A DNA stretch of 62,454 nt, the filler included, from a bacterium (GTDB lineage: Bacteria; UBP15; UBA6099; JAJRTR01), in NCBI GenBank assembly GCA_024278215.1. It is 3 parts of 3 records of this genome, joined end to end, with 100 filler letters (N's around TTAATTAATTAA, not from the genome) between each part and the next. Parts side by side here need not be neighbours in the genome. Positions count along the whole stretch, not along the records: positions 26,505 to 55,140 come from JAJRTR010000146.1; 2 more parts are not named here. One strand, written 5' to 3'. The notes beneath the pieces were generated by a model, which saw only the letters and a list, made by a program, of their open reading frames with translations, made no database searches and was not told the origin of the DNA. Positions 36,660-47,076 of the stretch are shown here, piece after piece; within the stretch, counting starts at the first letter, position 1; every line of letters begins with the position of its first letter. Made by a program: the position numbers and the translations under genes.

Positions 36660-39470
36660 TTACAGTTCCAACTCATCCATATCCAGCCAGTTGGGACCGG
36701 CCTTCACGTCGGTCTCGAGTTCGACATCGAACTTCACCCAGTCGTCGGCGCAGTGTTCCATAGCATTTTTGACTTGTCGGGCGACAGTTGTCAACTTGTC
36801 TTTTCCGACTTCAAACACAAGCTCGTCATGAACCTGGAGCAGCAGCGCCGCATCCAGCGCGCCCTCGAGAATCAGGTCGTAGACTTTTATCATCGCAAGC
36901 TTCATTACATCCGCCGCGGTGCCCTGAATACGCGTGTTTACAGCCGCGCGGAAACCCGACTCCTGTTCCATCCTGTTGCGGGACGTCGCCTCGCGGATGT
37001 ACCTGCGGCGTCCGAACAGCGTAGTGACAATCCCGTCTTTCGCGACCTGTTCCTTTGTCGTTTCTATGAACTCGAGCACCTTCGGGTAGCGCGCGAAATA
37101 GCGCTCCTTGAACGCGGCCGCTTCCTTGCGCTCGATGTCCAGTTCCTGTGCCAGGCCGTAATCGGTTTTTCCATAGATGATGCCGAAGTTTATCGATTTC
37201 GCATATCTTCGCTGGTCGCGCGTTACTTCCGACTGCTCGATTCCGAACACCTCCGCCGCAGTCCGTCTGTGTATGTCCTCGTGGTTCCTGAACGCTTCCG
37301 TAAGTGTCGGGTCCCCGCAAATATGAGCGAGGATTCTCACTTCGATCTGCGAGTAATCGGCGGAGAGCAGCAAGTCGAATCCGGGACCGGGAACAAAAGC
37401 ACGCCTTATTTTTTTGCCGATTTCCGTGCGGATCGGGATATTCTGAAGATTAGGATCACTGCTGGAAAGCCGGCCCGTGGCGGTAAGTGTCTGATTGAAA
37501 GACGTATGTATGCGACCTGTTTTCTTTTTAATTTTTGAGGGCAGGGCATCGACGTAAGTGCCGCGCAGTTTTGCTATCTGCCGGAACTCGATTATCAGAG
37601 GCACGACAGGATGTTCGCCCGCCAGTTTCTCCAGCACGCTTATGTCGGTCGAGCGTTTGCTTTTTTTCGGCAGGCCGAGTTTGTCGAAAAGCAACTCGGC
37701 CACCTGTTTCGGAGACTTGGGGTTCACTTCGCATCCGCCCAGGCGGCATATCTCCCCGCGCAGTTCAGTTTCTCGCACCGTCAGTTCGCGCGATAGTTCC
37801 GCGAGCACGGCAGTGTCGACGGCGACGCCATTCCATTCCATCTCCGCCAGCACCGCGACAAGCGGCAATTCGATCCTGTCGAACACCTCGTACAATCCGT
37901 TTTCTCTCATTGTCGCCGAAAGCGCCGGTTCGATGCGCAGTACAGTATCTACATCGGCGCAGGCATAATCGACCGCTGTCTCCAGGGGTACTTTCGAGAA
38001 TGTGATCATATCTTTTCCGCTGCCGGCAACATCCGTAAATTTCCGCAACCGTATATTCAGCATCCTGCCCGCAAGTGGTTTGAGCCCGTAGCCGCGCACG
38101 GAAGGATCGATTATGTAAGCGGCGAGAAAACTGTCGTAGGCGACACGTCCGAAGCGCGCGCCTTCCTGGCGCAGCATCAGCATGTCGAACTTGAGATTAT
38201 GGCCCCAGAGACCGATCCGCGGGTCTTCTATCACAGGTTTGATCAGTTCGAGAGCGCGCCGCGGCGGAATCTGGCCGCCTGCGGTTTCAGGAGCAACTTC
38301 AAAGAAAAGTTCGCCGGGGCGCGCGTCGGCCTGCCCGCATTTTTCGCCGTCCTCATTTTCGTCGGCGTCGGACTCGTGCCTCACCGGTACATAAATCGCC
38401 TCGCCGGGTTCGACAGCCAGCGAGTAGCCTACGATCGGGTGATCGAAAAAATCAAGGCCCATCGTTTCCAGGTCGATGCACAGACGTTTCTTTTCTTTTG
38501 CCTTGCGCAGCATTTCCACAAGCTGCGTCTCGTCGGTACATAAACTGTATTTCGAGCCAAGCTGTTCGGCCACCGTTTTCTCCGGCTCCTCTTCTATTTC
38601 GATACCGAGTTCATTAAGAAGCGACTTGAACGAATATTTCATGAGGACCTTGCCGAGCGCGCGGCGGTCGAAATCCTTGAACCGGAAATCCTCGATATCC
38701 TGATCGAGCTCCACATCGGTAACAATCGTCGCGAGCCATTTGCTCAGGAAAGCCTGTTCGCGGTTCTCCTCGAGCTTTTTTCTCTGCGATTTCGATTTTA
38801 CTTTGTCCAGCGATTCGTAGAGTCTCTCGAGTGTGCCGAATTCATCGAGCAGTTTGCGTGCCGTTTTGTCGCCGATTCCCGGCACTCCCGGAATATTATC
38901 CGACGAATCGCCCTCGAGACCCTTCTTGTCTATCACCTGTTCGGGATACACGCCGAGCACTTCTTTCACCGCGTCGCGGTCACATGTGTTATAATCGCTT
39001 ACACCCTTTTTCGTCAGCAGGATACGCACGTTGTCGTCCACGAGCTGGAGCAGGTCCCTGTCGCCTGTGATAACCCTGACATCGAGATTTTCCCGCGAAC
39101 CGGCCTTCGAGAGTGTGCCGATAATGTCGTCCGCCTCGAAGCCGTCCTTCCACGCGGGAACAAGCCCCATCGCCTCGAAAAGTTCCTCGACAATAGGCAA
39201 CTGGCTTACAAGATCGTCGGGAATCTTATCACGGTGCGCTTTGTACCTGTCGTACTTGTCATGCCGGAAAGTCGGGATGCGCGACTCCATAGTAACGACG
39301 AGATAGTCAGGCCGCATCTCGTCCGCTATTTTAATCAGCACGCGCGCGAGCCCGTATACGGCATGGGTCGGCTGCCCGTCCGCGGTGCTCATCCTGGGCA
39401 TTGTAAAATAAAATTTATACAGCAGCCCGAATGTATCAATCATTAGCAGTGTTTTTCTATCTTCCGTCAT
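36660..39470 (-). CDS. polA: DNA polymerase I
   Basis: 5'-3' exonuclease (FEADDIIGT, GDSSDNIPGVPGIG), DLET exo motif, ATGRLSSSDPNLQNIP, DYSQIE, QVHDEL. Confidence 0.97.
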   Translation of the reverse strand: MTEDRKTLLMIDTFGLLYKFYFTMPRMSTADGQPTHAVYGLARVLIKIADEMRPDYLVVTMESRIPTFRHDKYDRYKAHRDKIPDDLVSQLPIVEELFEAMGLVPAWKDGFEADDIIGTLSKAGSRENLDVRVITGDRDLLQLVDDNVRILLTKKGVSDYNTCDRDAVKEVLGVYPEQVIDKKGLEGDSSDNIPGVPGIGDKTARKLLDEFGTLERLYESLDKVKSKSQRKKLEENREQAFLSKWLATIVTDVELDQDIEDFRFKDFDRRALGKVLMKYSFKSLLNELGIEIEEEPEKTVAEQLGSKYSLCTDETQLVEMLRKAKEKKRLCIDLETMGLDFFDHPIVGYSLAVEPGEAIYVPVRHESDADENEDGEKCGQADARPGELFFEVAPETAGGQIPPRRALELIKPVIEDPRIGLWGHNLKFDMLMLRQEGARFGRVAYDSFLAAYIIDPSVRGYGLKPLAGRMLNIRLRKFTDVAGSGKDMITFSKVPLETAVDYACADVDTVLRIEPALSATMRENGLYEVFDRIELPLVAVLAEMEWNGVAVDTAVLAELSRELTVRETELRGEICRLGGCEVNPKSPKQVAELLFDKLGLPKKSKRSTDISVLEKLAGEHPVVPLIIEFRQIAKLRGTYVDALPSKIKKKTGRIHTSFNQTLTATGRLSSSDPNLQNIPIRTEIGKKIRRAFVPGPGFDLLLSADYSQIEVRILAHICGDPTLTEAFRNHEDIHRRTAAEVFGIEQSEVTRDQRRYAKSINFGIIYGKTDYGLAQELDIERKEAAAFKERYFARYPKVLEFIETTKEQVAKDGIVTTLFGRRRYIREATSRNRMEQESGFRAAVNTRIQGTAADVMKLAMIKVYDLILEGALDAALLLQVHDELVFEVGKDKLTTVARQVKNAMEHCADDWVKFDVELETDVKAGPNWLDMDELEL

Positions 39471-39655
39471 ATTCGTTCCTTTCGGTTCAGAGCATTGTTT
39501 TAAGATCACGGTCTTTGTATAAATAACCGCTATAAACCGAACACAATGGGTTATCATATCCACACAGAAGCCGCAAACACTACATGCCCGCGCCGCAGTG
39601 CGGCCCGACAATGAATTATAGTTTAATCACGGTATATTTTCCTGTTGTGGAGATA

Positions 39656-40396
39656 TTACATATTCATGCGGCTGATCTCCCACTCGATGCGCGCAACGTC
39701 TTCGGGAGCGTCGACGCCGATGCCTGTATAATCTGTTTCGATCATGTCGATGCGTATCCCGTTTTCGAGAGCGCGAAGCTGTTCGAGACATTCGGTCTGC
39801 TCGAGCGGAGTCGGCTCCATCGCGGGATACGCGAGCAGGAAATCTTTCTGATACACATAGAATCCGATATGCTGGTAGACAGGCAGCAGGGTGCGTTTGC
39901 GCCTGTATGGAACGGGGAATCTCGTAAAGTAGAGCGCCTGGTTGTTCCTGCCAACGACAACTTTTACAACATTCGGATTCTGGACATCCTCGTCGTTTTC
40001 GATTGCAGTCATAGCGCTTCCGAATTTAAAATCTGGGATGGCGCTGAAAGTTTCCACAGAACGATCAATAAGCTTCGGGTCCATCAGCGGTTCGTCACCC
40101 TGCACATTTACTATGAGATCGCACTCGACTCGCGCCGCGACTTCCGCGATGCGGTCGGTTCCCGTCGGGTGGTCGGGTTTCGTCATGATCGCTTTGCCGC
40201 CGAAACCTTCCACCGTTTCAAGTATTCGCATGTCGTCGGTAGCGACAATAATGTCCGACAGATTTTCGGCCAGTGCGCAGCGGTCCACAACATGTTGTAT
40301 CAGGGGTTTGCCGGCTATAGGGAAAAGAGGTTTACCCGGAAATCGCGACGCCTCATATCTCGCCGGAATTATTCCAATCGCTGTTACGCCGCTCAT
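39656..40396 (-). CDS. kdsB: 3-deoxy-manno-octulosonate cytidylyltransferase
   Basis: IIPARYEASRFPGKPL, TGTDR, NVQGDEP, LEQLRALENG. Confidence 0.95.
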   Translation of the reverse strand: MSGVTAIGIIPARYEASRFPGKPLFPIAGKPLIQHVVDRCALAENLSDIIVATDDMRILETVEGFGGKAIMTKPDHPTGTDRIAEVAARVECDLIVNVQGDEPLMDPKLIDRSVETFSAIPDFKFGSAMTAIENDEDVQNPNVVKVVVGRNNQALYFTRFPVPYRRKRTLLPVYQHIGFYVYQKDFLLAYPAMEPTPLEQTECLEQLRALENGIRIDMIETDYTGIGVDAPEDVARIEWEISRMNM

Positions 40397-40430
40397 CTGC
40401 CGCCTCCGTAATATTTTATTCTCCGTGCTC

Positions 40431-42233
40431 TTAATCATCGCCGTTCTGCAATGTCAGGTCGTACAATCTCCGGTATGCGCCGTTATACTCGTAAAGTTCA
40501 TCGTGTCGGCCGCGCTCGACAATGCGTCCGTTTTCCATCACGAGGATAATATCCGCATCCCGGATTGTCGTCAGCCTGTGAGCAATGACAAAAGTCGTGC
40601 GCGATTCCATGAGTTTTTCGAGCGCTTTCTGGATATACTTCTCGGAAATGTTGTCCACGTTGGAGGTTGCCTCGTCGAGTATGAGAATCCTGGGGTCCTT
40701 GAGTATGGCGCGGGCGATGGCGATGCGCTGACGCTGACCGCCGCTGACAGTCACCCCGCGCTCGCCGACCATCGTATCGTAGCCCTCCGGCATTTCCATA
40801 ATAAAATCATGTGCATAAGCGGCCTTCGCAGCCTCGTATATTTCTTCGTCGGAGGCCCCGATACGACCGTAAGCGATATTTTCCTTTATTGTTGCGCAGA
40901 AGAGAATAGTATCCTGCGGCACCATGCCCATCTGCGGCCTGTATGACGCTATCTTCGCGTCGCGAATGTCCACTCCTTCTATCGTAACACTTCCGGAGTC
41001 AACGTCATAAAAACGCGGCAGCAGTTTTGCGAATGTGCTTTTTCCAGAACCGCTCGATCCCACGAGCGCGACTACCATGCCCGGCTCGACCTTCACATTT
41101 ATATCGTGCAGCACCACCTCGTCCGGGTTGTATGAAAAGAACACATTTTTAAACTCAATGTTTCCCATTATCTCGGGAATTACCACGGCATTGTGCTTTT
41201 CCCGGATGTCCGGTTTCATGTCTATTATTTCAAATGTTCTTTCCGCCGCAGCGAAAGCGTGCTGGAGCGACAGGTTGACATGATTGATCCTGTTTACCTG
41301 CGTGAATATCTGCTGGAGCACAATGAATATTCCGAGCAGGGCGCCCGTTGTCAGCGGCTTGCCGGAAATAGGATTTATCGCGCCGTTTATAATGTCTTTG
41401 CCTCCGACCCATAAGATAAAGGCCAACCCGCACGCGCCGAGCAGTTCCACCATCGGACTGTATAGCGCCCTGATTTTTACTTGCGTCAGAGTCGTCTCCA
41501 CGGTCAGGTTGTTCTCTTTTGCGAACCTCTCTATTTCATATTCTTCCATCGAGAATGATTTTACAATGTGCATGGACGACAGTATTTCCGTAAGAATGAC
41601 ATTGAGAGAAGCGATCTGTTCCTGGAGAATGATGCTTGCATTTTTCATCATCTTCCCTGCAATCGCCACAACACCGGCAATAGCTGGAAGAACGATAAAG
41701 GCATATAATGTCAGTTTCGGACTCATGTATATCGCGATGCCGAGGCCGCTGATGATGGCGATCGGTATCCTGAACGCTTCGCTGACGCCGGACGTAACGA
41801 ACATCTGGACGACACCGGTATCGTTGCTGATGCGTGACACGAGTTCACCGACGCGACGGTTCTCGAAAAAGCCGAACGACATACCCTGCAAACTTGTATA
41901 GCATTTATTGCGGAGTTCCTCGACAACTTTCAGACCGCCGAGTGTTGTCAGATATGTGGCGAAGTAGGCAAACACCCAGCGTACTGCGAATATCGCGACC
42001 ATCAGCCACGAATAGAAAACAAGCTTCTCAATATTTTTCGCGCCGAGAGCATCGTCGATGAAGTTCTTGACAATCAGCGCCGACGCATTGAACATCAGGG
42101 TCATAAAAACAGAACAGACCATTCCGCCTATAAGCGTTTTCTTGTAGCGCCAAACTTGCGCGAGCAGCTTTTTGCCGGCCTTTTTAGACGATTCGGTCAG
42201 GCCGATTTTTTCTGTTATCAGTATATCTTCCAT
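40431..42233 (-). CDS. msbA: MsbA-like lipid A ABC exporter
   Basis: TMD plus NBD (GSSGSGKS, SGGQRQR, ILDEATS), located between lpxB and kdsB. Confidence 0.85.
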   Translation of the reverse strand: MEDILITEKIGLTESSKKAGKKLLAQVWRYKKTLIGGMVCSVFMTLMFNASALIVKNFIDDALGAKNIEKLVFYSWLMVAIFAVRWVFAYFATYLTTLGGLKVVEELRNKCYTSLQGMSFGFFENRRVGELVSRISNDTGVVQMFVTSGVSEAFRIPIAIISGLGIAIYMSPKLTLYAFIVLPAIAGVVAIAGKMMKNASIILQEQIASLNVILTEILSSMHIVKSFSMEEYEIERFAKENNLTVETTLTQVKIRALYSPMVELLGACGLAFILWVGGKDIINGAINPISGKPLTTGALLGIFIVLQQIFTQVNRINHVNLSLQHAFAAAERTFEIIDMKPDIREKHNAVVIPEIMGNIEFKNVFFSYNPDEVVLHDINVKVEPGMVVALVGSSGSGKSTFAKLLPRFYDVDSGSVTIEGVDIRDAKIASYRPQMGMVPQDTILFCATIKENIAYGRIGASDEEIYEAAKAAYAHDFIMEMPEGYDTMVGERGVTVSGGQRQRIAIARAILKDPRILILDEATSNVDNISEKYIQKALEKLMESRTTFVIAHRLTTIRDADIILVMENGRIVERGRHDELYEYNGAYRRLYDLTLQNGDD

Positions 42234-42246
42234 TTGTTCTCATTTC

Positions 42247-43395
42247 TCAGGCGGTTTCTTCGCTGCCATAAAGCATGTTCAGTACGGAATCCGCCGCTCG
42301 CGCGGCCACACCGGGCTCGCCGAGCCGCTCTCTTACAATATCCAGAATTTCAGTAATTCTGTATCTTATATTTTCGTCGCTCAACATTTCTATCGTCTGC
42401 GACGCCACATTCACCGCCGTGCAATCCTCCTGCACAAGCTCGGGGATCACCTTCTCGCCATATATAATGTTCGGCATCCCGATCATCGGCGGATCGACCG
42501 TCCTGCGTATCAGCCAGGCCGTCAGCGGTGAGACCTTGTAGGCTATGATCATAGGCGTGCCCACGAGCGCCGCCTCGTGGGTCGCTGTGCCCGAGCACAG
42601 TATCAGCACATCGCACATTTTCATAAAATCATATACTTTTTCATCAATTATCCGCACGGGCGCTCCGCCCAGCCTTTTTTCGATCAGCGGCCCCATAGCA
42701 TCAGACGCGCGGAAAAGCGCGAACTGTATCCTGGGATTCCCCGCGCGCATCATATTCACCGCGTCCCTGAAGACCGGAGTGAGGCGGCCTACCTCCTGGA
42801 ACCGGCTGCCCGGCATAAGTCCGACTATTGGCCTGTACGTGTTGAATCCGAAATAACTCGCGGATTCCTTTTTGCTCATAGTCGGTATCGCCGCGTCGAT
42901 AATCGGGTGTCCGATGTATTCATAAGGTATGCCGGCTTTCTTATATTGATCGAGTGAAAACGGCAACGCCACCAGCGCGAGGTCCACCATGTTTTTCATC
43001 ATCTCAAACCGCTTGCCGCCAGTACCGAACCAGCTTACGGGCGCAAAGTAATATACGACTTTTATGCCGGCTCTCTTCGCCACGGCAGCGCATTTCATGC
43101 TGAAAAAACGGTAGTCTACAGGGATATACAGATCAGGTTTTTCCTGTTTGAAATAGGCGCCCATTCTCCGCAGAGTGGGATATACGGAAAAGAACCTCGC
43201 CGCGCCCTCGAGGATGCCGATGCTGCCCCACGTCGTGCTGTCCGCGAGCAGCCTCACGCCCGCCGCCTTCATCTTCGGACCGCCCACGCCCACAAACTCG
43301 ACCGCAGCATCCTTTTCACAAACGGCATCAACGAGCAAAGACGCGTTCAGGTCGCCGGAAAGTTCGCCCGCTGTTATGAATATCTTTTTGCTCAT
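42247..43395 (-). CDS. lpxB: Lipid-A-disaccharide synthase
   Basis: AGELSGD, GVGGPKM, IGHP, MPGSRxxE, SGTATHE. Confidence 0.93.
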   Translation of the reverse strand: MSKKIFITAGELSGDLNASLLVDAVCEKDAAVEFVGVGGPKMKAAGVRLLADSTTWGSIGILEGAARFFSVYPTLRRMGAYFKQEKPDLYIPVDYRFFSMKCAAVAKRAGIKVVYYFAPVSWFGTGGKRFEMMKNMVDLALVALPFSLDQYKKAGIPYEYIGHPIIDAAIPTMSKKESASYFGFNTYRPIVGLMPGSRFQEVGRLTPVFRDAVNMMRAGNPRIQFALFRASDAMGPLIEKRLGGAPVRIIDEKVYDFMKMCDVLILCSGTATHEAALVGTPMIIAYKVSPLTAWLIRRTVDPPMIGMPNIIYGEKVIPELVQEDCTAVNVASQTIEMLSDENIRYRITEILDIVRERLGEPGVAARAADSVLNMLYGSEETA

Positions 43396-43502
43396 CGTTT
43401 ATCGGCAACCGTTCACGGACCGGCACACAAAACAGGTTTTCGATCTCCAGGCAGCAGCTCTTTTTGTATTTTCCGTGAACGGGCGCTCGTCTCTTCAGCA
43501 AT

Positions 43503-43536
43503 AAAAAAGGGTCTCAGCTCGTTTGCGCCGGACCCT
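43503..43536 (-). terminator. Probable intrinsic terminator after the Gfo/Idh/MocA gene
   Basis: Minus strand AGGGTCCGGC..GCTGAGACCCT followed by a T-run. Confidence 0.55.
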
Positions 43537-43568
43537 CCGGGTTCCAATCAACTCGTATATTCAAGCAA

Positions 43569-44564
43569 CTATTTATGTATCACACGCAGGGGCGAAACCC
43601 TTGGCGAATGTGTTTCGGCAATGCTGGGCAAGCGCACCTTCATGAGACGGTCAGCACGATATGATTCCACGGCAGTGAGTGCAACGGCCAGCGCGTGCAG
43701 GCTGTCCTCACCACTGACGATTGGTGATTCACTGTTGCAGATCAAGTTGATAAAATGACGCAATTCGTTGCGCAACGGCTCCTTGCGCTCGACGTTTGCT
43801 TCGCGAGCCCAGTCTTTATCATACACAATAACTTTTTGTTCGATGAAATCAAGCGACGCGACACCGGCCTCACCGACGACATTCAGCATGCGCACCCTGT
43901 GTGGCGGCAGCCAGCTTGTTTCGATGACACCGGCTGTTCCACGATGGAATCTCAGCATCAGCGTTGCATGATCTTCCTGACTGTGAAAAGCCTTTCCGGC
44001 AATTGTGTAAACTTCCTTAACCCTGTCATTGTAAAGATACGAGATCACATCGATGTCGTGCGGCGCGAGGTCGAGGATGATGCCGCAATCTGTTATCCGC
44101 GGACTGTACGGTCCTACTCTTTTCGAGGAGATCGACACAACATTACCAAGAACTCCGTCGTCTACAATCTCCTTGAGGATATTCACCGCCGGGTTGAAAC
44201 GCTCGACATGTCCCACCAGCAGTTTCTTTTGATATTTGTTCGCCTCAGCGATCATTTCCCTGCCTTCATCCACCGTTGCGGAAATAGGTTTTTCCACCAG
44301 CACGTGGCATCCGGCGCGAATAGAATTGATCGCGACTTCCTTATGCAGTGTCGTGGGTACGACAATACTTACGGCATCAAGATTTTCTCCGATCAGGTCT
44401 TTGTAATCAAGATAGGGCCTGGTTGAATATTCCCCGGCAATATCTCTGACAACTTCCTCATTTATGTCGGCGACTCCGACGAGGTCCACGTTCTTCATGC
44501 TGCTGAATATCTTGACGTGGTTCCTTCCCATTTTCCCTGTTCCGATAACACCGATCCGGACCAT
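43569..44564 (-). CDS. Gfo/Idh/MocA oxidoreductase, GnnA/UDP-GlcNAc 3-dehydrogenase-like
   Basis: GTGKMG, VEKP, VGHVERFNPA, DLAPHDID; lies between lpxA and lpxB. Confidence 0.8.
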   Translation of the reverse strand: MVRIGVIGTGKMGRNHVKIFSSMKNVDLVGVADINEEVVRDIAGEYSTRPYLDYKDLIGENLDAVSIVVPTTLHKEVAINSIRAGCHVLVEKPISATVDEGREMIAEANKYQKKLLVGHVERFNPAVNILKEIVDDGVLGNVVSISSKRVGPYSPRITDCGIILDLAPHDIDVISYLYNDRVKEVYTIAGKAFHSQEDHATLMLRFHRGTAGVIETSWLPPHRVRMLNVVGEAGVASLDFIEQKVIVYDKDWAREANVERKEPLRNELRHFINLICNSESPIVSGEDSLHALAVALTAVESYRADRLMKVRLPSIAETHSPRVSPLRVIHK

Positions 44565-44606
44565 ATTATGCTCCTGTACATATCTTTTCGAAGTGTAAAT
44601 GTCGCT

Positions 44607-45386
44607 TCATCTTCCGCTGCTTATACCTCTATCCGTGTTCTCAAGGAAGTTGACTATATTCTTCATTTCCCGCGTCTCAGGCAACTCGTTTTTGAGCTTC
44701 TCAATTGCCTCCACAGTGCGCAGACCCTGTTTGAAAATTATGCGGTAAGCTTTTTTCATCAGGCTTCTGGCTTCCGGACTGAATCCTGCTCTTGTGAGTC
44801 CTATCGTGTTGAGCCCCACAACCACCGGCCTGTAACCACCCGCCGCTGTCATGTACGGCGGCACATCTTCAAGCACTATCGAGCCTCCGCCCAGCATTGC
44901 AAACGAGCCGATCCTGACAAACTGATGTATCGCCGCCAGGCCTCCCAGAAATGCCCTCTCGCCCACTTGGACAAACCCGCCAAGCGTCGATAGATTCGCC
45001 ATTGTAACGCCGTCCCCGATATTGCAGTTGTGCGCTATATGGCTGTTTGCCATCAACATGCAGTTCGCACCGATCACCGTACTTTCGCCTTCTCCGTCCG
45101 CCCTGTGTGCAGTTACGTATTCACGGATCACGGTATTACTCCCGATTTTAAGGTAACTTTCCTCCCCTTCGAACTTTACGTCCTGTGGCTCACCGCCCAG
45201 AATCGCGCCATGATAAATCATGCACCCGGGGCCGATATGCGTACCGCGCCGGATAATCGCGTTGCCCAGCACTTCTGAGCCATCGCCGATCCGGGCGCCG
45301 TTTTCGATGTGAACGAACGGCCCGATCTTTACATTTTCGCCCAGTTCAGCTCCCTTTTCTATAACTGCTGTTTCATGTATGTGCAT
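44607..45386 (-). CDS. lpxA: Acyl-ACP--UDP-N-acetylglucosamine O-acyltransferase
   Basis: Hexapeptide repeats; PQDVKF, IREYVTAHR, HIAHNC, IHQFVRIG, DVPPY, GLNTIGL. Confidence 0.95.
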   Translation of the reverse strand: MHIHETAVIEKGAELGENVKIGPFVHIENGARIGDGSEVLGNAIIRRGTHIGPGCMIYHGAILGGEPQDVKFEGEESYLKIGSNTVIREYVTAHRADGEGESTVIGANCMLMANSHIAHNCNIGDGVTMANLSTLGGFVQVGERAFLGGLAAIHQFVRIGSFAMLGGGSIVLEDVPPYMTAAGGYRPVVVGLNTIGLTRAGFSPEARSLMKKAYRIIFKQGLRTVEAIEKLKNELPETREMKNIVNFLENTDRGISSGR

Positions 45387-45780
45387 ACTTAATTAATTAC
45401 TAACACGTAATTTTCATTAATATCCCGTAAAATCTTCTTATCTATAACTATGATATTGCAAGGTTATTGCTGAAACAGGACGTTATACGCTGATATATAG
45501 GTATATTTTCCACCATTAGCTTTTTTTATATCAGATACGTCGTCTTGTGGCTGCATTTCAGGGTTATACGCAATAATCCTGCCGCACGACAGAAGTAGCC
45601 GTAAAAACGGCCGATATAGATATACCATTCAGGGCGAATTCGCGACAATGTGTTGTCGCGAAAAACTTCTTTGCTGAAAGCCGGTGCTTTCAGTTGCGGC
45701 GTTCCCGGAGCGAACCCCGTGAACGAAACCTGAACCTCAGTTTAGTTCCGGTTATACCGTGTTCAGGTGTCGTTCGCCTG

Positions 45781-46125
45781 TCACTTATAAGCGTGAGTAC
45801 CCATTACCACGGGGACTCCAAACTTCTCCGTAATCATTCCTGAAATTTCTTTCATGTCCAGATGAGGACAACCGGGTTTTGCGCCTGCCATGCAGCTTGT
45901 CAGGTGTATGGCGTCCGGCTTGATGCCGGAGAGTTTTATCGCCATGCCGATGTTGGACAGAAGGGGTCTGCCCGGACACTCGCATTTCACAAACGCGATC
46001 ACCGATACCGATTCGTCGAACTTGCCTTCCCCGAGCGCGGCCGCTTTGAGACATCTCCATTCGCCCGGACATCCATAACCCGAATCCATGTAATGACCGC
46101 ATCCTACCAGCAAAACCTTCTTCAT
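45781..46125 (-). CDS. CGGC-domain protein
   Basis: VGC..CPGEWRC..CECPG..IHLTSC..CPH..GTH pattern. Confidence 0.82.
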   Translation of the reverse strand: MKKVLLVGCGHYMDSGYGCPGEWRCLKAAALGEGKFDESVSVIAFVKCECPGRPLLSNIGMAIKLSGIKPDAIHLTSCMAGAKPGCPHLDMKEISGMITEKFGVPVVMGTHAYK

Positions 46126-46285
46126 ACCTTAACTACCTCCGTTTTACACTGTTTTCCGACATTATACAGCTTTCCTTCGTTCAGTATATAGCAGCTTACG
46201 GCCCGGCACAATGCGCTGACAGCAAGTATGGAACAGCGCTTGTCCGATATGCCGGACAGTTCTTCGCATCGGCCCGGCCTTAAGA

Positions 46286-46897
46286 TTAGATAAACAGTGT
46301 AATTCTCGAATCAGCAGCGTCCGCCAGATATGTCGCCACACCACCATATTCAATGCCGTCTATAAGTTCATCCTCTCTGATACCCATGATATCCATCGAC
46401 ATCTGACAGGCAACCATACGCAGTTCCAGATCACGCGCGAGCGCTATAAGCTCGGGAAGCGACTGAACATTTTTCTGTTCCATAACCATTTTGAAAAATT
46501 TCGGGCCGAATCCCATCATATTCATTTTCGATGTACCCACCTTGTCCGGGCCGCCGGGAAGCATGACGGACATCATTTTTTCCACCACCGGCTTCCCGCT
46601 GTAAACAGTTTGTTTTTTCAAGGCGGTGATGCCCCAGAAAGTGAAGAACATCGACACTTCCATGTCCATAGCGGCGGCCCCGACCGCGATAATGAACGCC
46701 GCCATCAGCTTGTCCATATCGCCGCTGAATACAACTATCGTGGCGCGGTCACTAATACCCACCTTCTCCGCGTCGCTCTTTTCGAGTAACCCCGAAAGCT
46801 GTTCGTTTACCGGTTTAAGACTTTCCTGCACTTTCTCTTCGACCATGGTCCGGATAAGTTTTTCCAGGTTCGGATCGATTGAATTTGTGTTTTCCAT
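46286..46897 (-). CDS. DsrE/DsrF/DrsH-like (DsrE2-type) sulfurtransferase-family protein
   Basis: VFSGDMDK, FFTFWG, ACQMSMDIMG, GVATYL; GGAGG RBS. Confidence 0.88.
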   Translation of the reverse strand: MENTNSIDPNLEKLIRTMVEEKVQESLKPVNEQLSGLLEKSDAEKVGISDRATIVVFSGDMDKLMAAFIIAVGAAAMDMEVSMFFTFWGITALKKQTVYSGKPVVEKMMSVMLPGGPDKVGTSKMNMMGFGPKFFKMVMEQKNVQSLPELIALARDLELRMVACQMSMDIMGIREDELIDGIEYGGVATYLADAADSRITLFI

Positions 46898-46931
46898 GCT
46901 TGTATCCTCCATAATGTGTGCTGACTCATGC

Positions 46932-46947
46932 TGCAATAAACAGACCG
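46932..46947 (-). promoter_or_regulatory. Candidate sigma54 -24/-12 promoter
   Basis: Minus strand CGGTCTGTTTATTGCA (GG-N10-GC) about 35 nt above the DsrE2 start; sigma54 activator nearby. Confidence 0.45.
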
Positions 46948-47076
46948 TTGTGTTATCCAAATAAAACGTCGCAGCCCTGTGTCGGGGCGACGGTCATTGA
47001 ATGCGAATCACACCATCTGGTCGCGCCTATGCCGTGTGCGACCGGAAGTTTATCCCGCACATTTCGCCGATGCGGG

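Noticed and set aside
38280-38380. Acidic insertion in the PolA 3'-5' exonuclease domain as a possible intein
   Set aside because: Only about 30 aa, with no intein terminal motifs; a variable loop.
45389-45400. TTAATTAATTAC just upstream of lpxA resembling the linker
   Set aside because: Not flanked by Ns and not identical; consistent with an AT-rich leader.
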